Assembly: GCA_028282585.1 (NCBI GenBank)
Contig: JANQHR010000028.1
Location: forward strand, 13,957-77,956
Length of the DNA stretch: 64,000 nt
Direction of reading: 5' to 3'
DNA from: Bacteroidales bacterium
GTDB lineage: Bacteria; Bacteroidota; Bacteroidia; Bacteroidales; UBA12077
The number at the start of each line of letters is the position of its first letter. The first letter of the stretch is position 1. The notes under the pieces were generated by a model. It saw only the letters and a program-made list of their open reading frames with translations, did no database searches and was not told where the DNA came from. Shown piece by piece: positions 9,472 to 17,246 of the stretch. Both the position numbers and the translations under genes were made by a program.

Positions 9472-12162
9472 TTACTTTATGTTATGGTCTGTCTTTTCAA
9501 TCTTTATTGCACATACTTTTGTCTCAGGTATTTTAGATACCGGATCAATTGCACATATGGTTAATTCATTTGTTGGTGTCTCATGAAAATGAAAGGTTAA
9601 TGATACTACACCTTTAGGACAAATTTCAGTAATATTTGTTTTTACTCTTACTGCTCCCCTTCGCGATTTTACAGTTACTAGTTCCTCATTTTTTAGATTC
9701 AGTTTGTCAGCATCTCTAGGATTAATTAAAAGAAGTTCCTCTTCATTCAATAATTCAAGTCCTTTTACTCGTCTTGACATGGTAGACGTATGAAAATGAT
9801 AAAGGCTTCTATCTGTAGTTAGAATTAGAGGATATTCTTTGTCTGGCAGCTCTGCGGAAGCCTTATATGAAATAGGGAAAAATCGTCCTTTCCCACCGGG
9901 TCTTGAGAATTTGTCCTTATGAAGGAACTTTGTTCCCGGGTGATTTTTATCTAAGCAAGGCCACTGTAATCCCAATTCTTCAATTCTATTATACTTTATT
10001 CCTCCATAAATTGGAGCTACTTCATTAATCTCATCCATTATTTCCTCTGCAGAATTAAATTCAAAACCGGTTGCTCCTAATTTTTTAGCAATCCCACAAG
10101 TTATCTGCCAATCGTCTCGCGCTTCTCCCGGTGGATCAACTAATTTTCTTACTCTCTGAACTCTTCTTTCGGTATTGGTAAAAGTACCTTCTTTTTCCGC
10201 AAAAGATGTAGCCGGTAGAATAACATCGGCATATTTAGCGGTTTCCGTAAAAAAGATATCCTGAACTACAAAAAAATCAAGTTTATCAAGTACTTTCTTC
10301 ACATGATTAGCATCTGCTTCGCTTAACACCGGATTTTCACCCACCTGGTATAACGATTTTATTTGTCCTTTTTCTATCTGATCAAATATTTCGGTATGAG
10401 TTAATCCAATATCGGCATTTAACTCAACATCCCAATATTTTTCAAATTTCTCTTGTATTTCCGGAACAGTTACTTTTTGATATCCAGGATATACATTTGG
10501 TAAGGCTCCCATGTCACATGCTCCCTGGACATTATTTTGTCCTCTTAAAGGATTTACTCCTGATGATTCTTTTCCCACACTACCGGTAAGTTGAGCCAGA
10601 TTACTTATTGCTAAAACATTATCGGTACCATGTGAATGTTGTGTGATTCCCATAGCGAATATTAATGACGATGGTTTGTTAGTTGCATACAATCTGGCAG
10701 CTTCGACAATCTTTTCTTTAGGAACTCTGGTTATTTTTTCGCATGTATCAAGGTCAAATTTATTCAGCGACTCAATAAAATCATCATAATCTTCACATCT
10801 GTTTTTTATAAACCCGGAATCTTCAAGTTTTTCATCTACAATAACTTTCATCATTCCCATAAGCAATACTACATCTGTACCTGGTAACTGTTGTAAATGA
10901 ATATCAGCAAATCGGCAAAGGTCAATTTCTTTAGGATTAGCAACAATGATTTTCGCACCACGCCTCTTAGCTTCTTTGATATGTAATCCGATTATTGGAT
11001 GAGCAGCAGTGGTATTTGAACCAATCGAAAAAATAGTAGCTGCATTTGTAAATTCATCAATTGAATTGGTCATAGCTCCGCTGCCAAAACTTTGCACTAG
11101 TCCTGCAACAGTAGGTGCATGACATAAACGAGCACAATGGTCAACCGTATTTGTACCCATTACCGCTCTGGTAAATTTCTGAATTACATAATTATCTTCG
11201 TTTGGTACTTTAGCTGATGATAAAGTAGCAAATTTATCTCCTTTCGAACTTGCAAACTTTTTAGCAACTAAATCCAATGCTTCTTCCCAATCTGCTTCTG
11301 TAAACTCTCCGTTTTTCTTTATAAGTGGTTTGGTGAGCCGTTCCGGATGGTTAACAAAGTTGAACCCAAAGCGTCCTTTTACACAAAGCCTTCCCTTATT
11401 AACAATGCTATCTCTATCGCCTCTTGCACTTACTAATTTATTATCCCGAATACCGAAGTATATATTACAGCCTACACCACAATATACGCAAACTGATTTA
11501 ACTTCGCGTGTTGGTAATTTTTCATCTTTGGGATATAAAGCACCAACCGGACACCTAACAACGCATTCTCCGCATGATTCACAAACCGATTCTTTAATTG
11601 ATCGATTTCCAAAAGTACTTACCACTGTCTCAAATCCCCTGTAACCATAGTCCAATGCATTTGTTCCTTGAACTTCATTACATGTTCGTATACAGATACC
11701 GCACGTAATGCATTTATTATGGTCAAGCGTAAAAAAAGGATTGGATTCATCTTTTTCAATAAGAGGTTTTGTACGCCGCAAACTATTCAATCTTTTTTCA
11801 TTAACGCCTACATATGCCGTTACCTCCTGTAATTTACATTGATTATTATTATGACAATTTGTACAATCTTGTATATGGTTTGAGTGAATTAATTCAAGAG
11901 TTGTTTGTCTGATCAATGATATATCCTGGCTTTCTGTCCTTATAATCATATTATCCTCAACGGGAGTTTTGCAAGCAATAATTTGCCCCCGCCTACCCTC
12001 AACTTCAACCATACACATTCTGCAATTACCTGTTGGAATAAGGTCCGGATGATGGCAAAGGTTTGGAATATAAATACCATTCTCTGTTGCAACATCAAGA
12101 ATAGTTTTTCCGCTTTTTGCAATTAAATTTAAGCCATCGATTATTACGTTAACCTTTTCCAC
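9472..12162 (-). CDS. fdhA: Formate dehydrogenase alpha-like subunit with a complete NuoG-type N-terminus (module 2, Cys type)
   Basis: 896 aa. It has a 2Fe-2S motif and an intact H-x3-C-x2-C-x5-C motif (HIQDCTNCHNNNQC). It also has two ferredoxin motifs, CVYCGVGC, the active site RLCHAPTV and PLRGQNNVQGACD. Confidence 0.85.
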   Translation of the reverse strand: MEKVNVIIDGLNLIAKSGKTILDVATENGIYIPNLCHHPDLIPTGNCRMCMVEVEGRRGQIIACKTPVEDNMIIRTESQDISLIRQTTLELIHSNHIQDCTNCHNNNQCKLQEVTAYVGVNEKRLNSLRRTKPLIEKDESNPFFTLDHNKCITCGICIRTCNEVQGTNALDYGYRGFETVVSTFGNRSIKESVCESCGECVVRCPVGALYPKDEKLPTREVKSVCVYCGVGCNIYFGIRDNKLVSARGDRDSIVNKGRLCVKGRFGFNFVNHPERLTKPLIKKNGEFTEADWEEALDLVAKKFASSKGDKFATLSSAKVPNEDNYVIQKFTRAVMGTNTVDHCARLCHAPTVAGLVQSFGSGAMTNSIDEFTNAATIFSIGSNTTAAHPIIGLHIKEAKRRGAKIIVANPKEIDLCRFADIHLQQLPGTDVVLLMGMMKVIVDEKLEDSGFIKNRCEDYDDFIESLNKFDLDTCEKITRVPKEKIVEAARLYATNKPSSLIFAMGITQHSHGTDNVLAISNLAQLTGSVGKESSGVNPLRGQNNVQGACDMGALPNVYPGYQKVTVPEIQEKFEKYWDVELNADIGLTHTEIFDQIEKGQIKSLYQVGENPVLSEADANHVKKVLDKLDFFVVQDIFFTETAKYADVILPATSFAEKEGTFTNTERRVQRVRKLVDPPGEARDDWQITCGIAKKLGATGFEFNSAEEIMDEINEVAPIYGGIKYNRIEELGLQWPCLDKNHPGTKFLHKDKFSRPGGKGRFFPISYKASAELPDKEYPLILTTDRSLYHFHTSTMSRRVKGLELLNEEELLLINPRDADKLNLKNEELVTVKSRRGAVRVKTNITEICPKGVVSLTFHFHETPTNELTICAIDPVSKIPETKVCAIKIEKTDHNIK

Positions 12163-12164
12163 AA

Positions 12165-14048
12165 TTAATCCTCCGCAATTTTATTTCCGGGATAAACCTC
12201 AATTGCACTAAATTTATCAGGGCATTTATCCATACACATTCCACATTTTATACATAGCGATTGGTCTATTTTATGCAGCTTTTTTGGATAACCGCTGATT
12301 GCAGAAACCGGGCATACCTTAAAACAAATATGGCAACCCGTACACTTATCAGGTAAAATATCGTAATAAATAAGATCCTTGCAAACTTTAGACGGGCATC
12401 TCTTATTTTGAATATGTTCTATATATTCATCCTTAAAATATTGAATCGTTGTTAACAGAGGATTAGGAGCAGTTTGCCCTAAACCACACAAAGATCCATT
12501 TTTGATACCTTTTCCTAAATCCTCCAACAAGTCCAAATCTTCCATTGTTCCTTTACCTGAAACAATGTCTTCCAATATATCAAGCATTTGTTTGGTTCCT
12601 AACCTACATGGAGTGCATTCCCCACAAGATTCTTTATGCGCAAAATCAATAAAATATTTTGCCACATCCACCATACAATTTTCTTCATCCATCACAACCA
12701 AACCTCCGGATCCCATAATGGTTCCAGCCTCTGTCAGAGATTCATAGTCAACTTTTAAATCTATCATGCTAGCTGGCACACAACCTCCCGAAGGACCACC
12801 TGTTTGTATAGCTTTCAGTTTTTTATCTGCACTTACACCTCCGCCAATTTCATAAATAATTTCCTTTAATGAAATTCCCAAAGGCACCTCAATCAAACCT
12901 GTATTTTTTACTTTTCCGACCAATGCAAATGTTTTGGTTCCCTTACTTTTTTCTGTACCAAATTTTGAGAACCAACCAGGTTCATTTTGCAAAATTCTGG
13001 CAACAGATGCTAAAGTCTCAACATTATTAATAATAGTGGGTTTACCCCATAAGCCTGATACTGCAGGAAATGGCGGCCTGGGGCGTGGCATTCCTCTTTT
13101 CCCCTCAATTGAAGCAATAAGAGCCGTTTCTTCACCACAAACAAAAGCTCCCGCTCCTTCTTTTATTTCAATTTTAAAGTCAAATCCCGAACTAAGTATA
13201 TTTTCACCTAATAAATTATTTTGCTCTGCTTGAGAAATTGCCTGTCTTAATCTTTCAAGTGCTAAAGGATATTCTGCCCTGCAATATATATATCCGGTAT
13301 TTGCTCCAATTGCATATGCTGCGATAATCATACCTTCAATTAACGAATGAGGATCTCCTTCAATCAACGACCTATTCATAAAAGCACCAGGATCTCCTTC
13401 ATCGGCATTACAAATTAAATATTTAGCATCGTTTTGCTGATCCTTACAAAACTGCCATTTCTTCCAGGTTGGAAAGCCAGCGCCACCTCTTCCTCTTAAC
13501 CCGGATTCTTTAATCCTTTCAATTACCTCTTGTGAAGAAAGTTGAAAGGCTTCTTGTAAACCACTATATCCTTTTTTGGCCAGATAATGGTTTAAATTAG
13601 TTGGGTCAATTATTCCGCAGTTTTTGAGCACTAATCTTTCTTGTGGCTTTAAAACAGAGGTTTCCCATATGCCATTCAAATTATCTAATTTAGTATCACC
13701 AAGCGTTCCAATAATATTTTCATTTACAATTTCATTATTAATTAAATATGCATCAATTAGTTTTTCAGCATCATTTTCACTCACTTTACCATAAACAAAG
13801 TGTGGGTTACCAGGATTATAGATACTTACAATCGGTTCCAGATAACACATACCAATGCACCCAACTTCAATAACTTTGCACTCAATATTTTTTGATGAAA
13901 TCTTTGAGCTCAGCTTTTCTATTAAGGATGAAGCGCCAGCCGACCTTCCACAAGTGGCATTACCAACCAAAATTGCCGGCACAGAACCATTTACTAAATC
14001 GTTCCATTCTGCTATCGCTTCTTTTTTTAATGAAATAAAATCCATCAT
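12165..14048 (-). CDS. NuoF/HydB-like flavoprotein subunit, long form with N-terminal 2Fe-2S thioredoxin-like domain and C-terminal 2x[4Fe-4S] ferredoxin domain (module 2)
   Basis: 627 aa. The N-terminus carries TCGRSAGA...GCIGMCYLEP. The core carries RGRGGAGFPTWKK, GDPGAFMNR and ESCGECTPCR. The C-terminus carries CTGCHICFKVCP and CIKCGMCMDKCP. Confidence 0.85.
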   Translation of the reverse strand: MMDFISLKKEAIAEWNDLVNGSVPAILVGNATCGRSAGASSLIEKLSSKISSKNIECKVIEVGCIGMCYLEPIVSIYNPGNPHFVYGKVSENDAEKLIDAYLINNEIVNENIIGTLGDTKLDNLNGIWETSVLKPQERLVLKNCGIIDPTNLNHYLAKKGYSGLQEAFQLSSQEVIERIKESGLRGRGGAGFPTWKKWQFCKDQQNDAKYLICNADEGDPGAFMNRSLIEGDPHSLIEGMIIAAYAIGANTGYIYCRAEYPLALERLRQAISQAEQNNLLGENILSSGFDFKIEIKEGAGAFVCGEETALIASIEGKRGMPRPRPPFPAVSGLWGKPTIINNVETLASVARILQNEPGWFSKFGTEKSKGTKTFALVGKVKNTGLIEVPLGISLKEIIYEIGGGVSADKKLKAIQTGGPSGGCVPASMIDLKVDYESLTEAGTIMGSGGLVVMDEENCMVDVAKYFIDFAHKESCGECTPCRLGTKQMLDILEDIVSGKGTMEDLDLLEDLGKGIKNGSLCGLGQTAPNPLLTTIQYFKDEYIEHIQNKRCPSKVCKDLIYYDILPDKCTGCHICFKVCPVSAISGYPKKLHKIDQSLCIKCGMCMDKCPDKFSAIEVYPGNKIAED

Positions 14049-14506
14049 TATTTTTTATCCTTTGATATAGAAAATATTTTCTCCACCTTCTTTGGTGTTA
14101 GATTTGCTTCTACAGTATCATTAACCATTGCACATGGAGCAAGGCTGCATGCGCCAATGCAGGCGACATTTTCAAGTGAATATTTTAAATCTTCAGATGT
14201 TTCTCCTACCTTAATTCCAATTTGATTTTCAACCTCTTCCTGGATACGTGTAGCACCTTTAACATGACAAGCTGTTCCCCTGCACAACATAATATGTCTT
14301 TCTCCTTTTGGTGTAAACCTGAATTGAGTATAAAAAGTTGCTACTCCATAAACCATACTAGCAGGAATCCGAATAAACCGGGATATTTCTTCCATAGATT
14401 CATCGGATAAAAATCCCAAATTTTCCTGTACTTTTTGAAGTAACGGTATTAGTTCCTCTTCCTTACCCTCGAATGAAGAAAATGTTTCTTTCAACTTTTC
14501 ATTCAT
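14048..14506 (-). CDS. NuoE-like 2Fe-2S subunit (module 2)
   Basis: 152 aa with the Cys pattern CRGTAC ... CIGACSLAP. Its stop overlaps the next start as TAATG at 14046-14050, which suggests translational coupling. Confidence 0.8.
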   Translation of the reverse strand: MNEKLKETFSSFEGKEEELIPLLQKVQENLGFLSDESMEEISRFIRIPASMVYGVATFYTQFRFTPKGERHIMLCRGTACHVKGATRIQEEVENQIGIKVGETSEDLKYSLENVACIGACSLAPCAMVNDTVEANLTPKKVEKIFSISKDKK

Positions 14507-14663
14507 AAAAAAGTATTTAGGTATTTATATCTGATAAATTTAAACTAAGTATCGAAATATATCAATATATGAGATTAATATAGACTGATTTTAATTTATA
14601 TTAAACTAATTGAACACTTAGTTATATTTAGTGTTATAGCACTATATTCTAAATAATAAAATT

Positions 14664-14852
14664 ATGCCTATTATAGAATTACTTATTTTATCAATCGTTT
14701 TATTATTCATTGCTGTGTTAGCTTTATCGGTACGGTTAATTTTTACAAAAAAAGGAGAATTTAGAGGCGGTTCTTGTAAAAGCCGTCCAAATGAATTAAA
14801 AACGGAAGGAGTCGGTTGTGGTTGCGGTAGTGGTTGTGAAACAGTAAATTAA
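14664..14852 (+). CDS. Small single-TM protein with four C-terminal cysteines (NqrM/DUF539-like or FeoB-associated Cys-rich type)
   Basis: 62 aa. A hydrophobic helix is followed by KKGEFRGGSC-x13-CGCGSGC, i.e. a GSC...CxCxxxC pattern. The two small-protein families cannot be told apart by eye. Confidence 0.45.
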   Translation: MPIIELLILSIVLLFIAVLALSVRLIFTKKGEFRGGSCKSRPNELKTEGVGCGCGSGCETVN

Positions 14853-14927
14853 TTCCAATTTACTTATTTAGCGCTAGAAATCAAGAAGATATTTTGTATC
14901 TTGGAGTCAAACTATCAGTTATATTGT

Positions 14928-15692
14928 ATGGCTCGTATCATTTCTGTTATTAATAATAAAGGTGGAACCGGTAAAACAACAACCGCTTTAAATCTAGGAA
15001 CTGCTTTATCAAAATTAAAGTTTAAAGTTTTACTTATCGATTTTGACAGCCAAAGTAATTTGACATCAGCACTTGGTGTTAGCAGAGTCGAAAACCATAT
15101 AGGCAAATTATTATTAAAAGATTCTGCAGTAGATAATACTATCCTTAAATTGAATCATTTATCATTAATTCCATCAACTAACTACTTATTGGATTATGAA
15201 TACAGAATAAATAACGAACCGGGACGTGAGTTTCTTTTAAAAGAAACCCTGGATCCGATACAATCAAAATATGATTATATATTAGTTGATTGTGCGCCTA
15301 GTTTAGGAACATTTGCTATAAGTTCATTGGTAGCTGCAGATTATTATATTGTTCCAATGCAAGCCGAAAACTTCGCATTTATTGGTCTAGATAAAATAAT
15401 ACAGATTACCGATAAAGTGAAAAAAAGAATGAATCCCAAAATAGAAATGGGAGGAATATTATTCGTGAAATTTTCAACCAGAACTAAATTCGGAAAAGCT
15501 GTTATTAAAAGCTTATCCGAAAATGAAAGATTCAAACATAAGGTTTTTGATACAAGAATTAGAACAGATATTTCTCTTATGGAATCAACAGCATTCGGAC
15601 AAAATATTTATGATTATGCACCAAGATCAAGAGGTGCTGAAGATTATTTAGATTTAGCAAAAGAATTATTACAGAAATATGGCAAAAACTAA
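14928..15692 (+). CDS. ParA/Soj-family Walker ATPase (start moved to the ATG at 14928)
   Basis: MARIISVINNKGGTGKTTTALNLG is a deviant Walker A motif and DCAPSLG is also present. The listed TTG at 14901 adds nine unlikely residues. Confidence 0.8.
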   Translation: MARIISVINNKGGTGKTTTALNLGTALSKLKFKVLLIDFDSQSNLTSALGVSRVENHIGKLLLKDSAVDNTILKLNHLSLIPSTNYLLDYEYRINNEPGREFLLKETLDPIQSKYDYILVDCAPSLGTFAISSLVAADYYIVPMQAENFAFIGLDKIIQITDKVKKRMNPKIEMGGILFVKFSTRTKFGKAVIKSLSENERFKHKVFDTRIRTDISLMESTAFGQNIYDYAPRSRGAEDYLDLAKELLQKYGKN

Positions 15693-15966
15693 AAAGGATA
15701 TATCCAAATTTCAGGAAGCTCTTTCTTCAAACACTGAATTTCTTAATGAAGATAATTTAGAAAATGAAGTTTTATTTGGAGATGAGATAAAGGGTAACCA
15801 AGTGGTTTCGATAGATGGCCTGATTTTTAAAAAATTGAAAATTCTGGCTATGTACAATAAAAGGGAAATGTGTGAGGTAATTCGTGAGGCTTTAAATCAT
15901 TATTTACGACTTAAAAAGTTAGATATTGAAGCTGCGATGTTTGAGTTAACTAAAGAAAAAGAATGA
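15679..15966 (+). CDS. Small ribbon-helix-helix-like partner of ParA (ParG / DUF3408-like)
   Basis: 95 aa and overlaps parA by 14 nt. The C-terminal VVSIDGLIFKKLKILAMYNKREMCEVIREALNHYL fits a beta-strand plus two helices, as in RHH proteins. Confidence 0.5.
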   Translation: MAKTKKDISKFQEALSSNTEFLNEDNLENEVLFGDEIKGNQVVSIDGLIFKKLKILAMYNKREMCEVIREALNHYLRLKKLDIEAAMFELTKEKE

Positions 15967-15970
15967 CAAT

Positions 15971-16062
15971 TGTCATTGCGAACCTGCCGCAGGCAAAAAG
16001 TGAAGCAATCTAATTTGTTATATAAAAATAGATTGCTTTGTTCGTTCCTTACTTGCACTGAT
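15971..16062. repeat. REP-like imperfect palindrome with a strong central hairpin; likely bidirectional terminator between convergent genes
   Basis: The sequence tgtcattgcgaacctgccgcaggc...gaagcaatcta-N16-tagattgcttt... has a 10-bp perfect stem at 16003-16012/16029-16038. The text resembles the widespread Bacteroidota '...cattgcgag..gaagcaatc' intergenic element (from memory). Confidence 0.5.
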
Positions 16063-16073
16063 CTTCAATGGTT

Positions 16074-17246
16074 TTATAAGCGGTATTTATATAATTCGCT
16101 TAGAGCCTGATAATAATCTCTCTCAACCATTAAATATTCATCGTATATCTCGTAGTAATAAAACATCTCGATAAAGAATTCTATCACAGAAATTTCACCA
16201 TTTTTTAATGATACATTTAATAATTCCTGGCTATTAACAGAACCTAAAACCGATTGATAATTTTCAAGATTTTCTTTTAAAGTTAAAATTTGATCATACC
16301 TTATCCTTGTTTCAGCAACTTTAGATTCATTCAAGGAAATGGCACTTAAATCAAAATATTCTGATTCAATTTTAGCTTTTTGAATTGTCCTTTTGCTACT
16401 CCACAGTGGAATTGACACCCCAACTATCACACCTTTAAATCTTTCATTAACAATTGTCTCACTACTATAGCCCAAACTAAACTTAGGTAACTGCAAATTC
16501 TTAGTAATTTTAAGTTGCCTATTTGAGGCTTCGGCTGCTTTTTGTTGAGAAAGTAATTCAGGATCTGAAGAAAGTCTTTCAAAAAGAAGAGAATCTAATT
16601 CAATTAATGGTTGTTCCTGATAATCATCAACTGAAATATCAAGATCATTTCCTCCATTGAGTTTTTTTATATTTTCTTTAATAATTAATAATTCAGACTT
16701 TAATAATTTTTCTTCTTTTTTAACTTGCATCAAATGAAGTTTCGTTTTATTCACTTCCAAAGCATTTGCATCGCCCACTTCCAATCGAATCAAATATGCA
16801 TTATGAATATCATCAGCAAATTTCAATCGTTTATCATTTATTGCTGTTTTTTTCATTAAATATACATATTCATTCAAAAGTATTTTAACTTCATTTAAGA
16901 CATCTTGTTTTAGAATCAAATGGTTATATTCCTCCTGGTTAATCATTAAATTAGCATAAGCCTTATGATTTATATAATAATAAGGCATTTGAAATGATTG
17001 ACTCACCTCAAAAACTTCCCTGGTTCCAGGAACAGAAGAATTATCAGGAAAATATCCATACGTTAACTTAGGACCTTCAGGTAGATTATCTTTCTTGTAT
17101 TCATATGATTTACTTTCAATATATTTTTTCCCTGCTTGTATATCTTTATTATTTTCTTCAATAGTATTTAAAATCTCATCAAATGATTGAGAAAAAACGC
17201 TTGCTGATAGAAATAATAATGAAATAAATATTGTCTTAGTTTTCAT
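16074..17246 (-). CDS. TolC-family outer membrane efflux protein (CzcC/CusC-like)
   Basis: 390 aa with a signal peptide and repetitive coiled helical content. It overlaps the RND pump gene by 11 nt and is the last gene of the efflux operon. Confidence 0.7.
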   Translation of the reverse strand: MKTKTIFISLLFLSASVFSQSFDEILNTIEENNKDIQAGKKYIESKSYEYKKDNLPEGPKLTYGYFPDNSSVPGTREVFEVSQSFQMPYYYINHKAYANLMINQEEYNHLILKQDVLNEVKILLNEYVYLMKKTAINDKRLKFADDIHNAYLIRLEVGDANALEVNKTKLHLMQVKKEEKLLKSELLIIKENIKKLNGGNDLDISVDDYQEQPLIELDSLLFERLSSDPELLSQQKAAEASNRQLKITKNLQLPKFSLGYSSETIVNERFKGVIVGVSIPLWSSKRTIQKAKIESEYFDLSAISLNESKVAETRIRYDQILTLKENLENYQSVLGSVNSQELLNVSLKNGEISVIEFFIEMFYYYEIYDEYLMVERDYYQALSELYKYRL

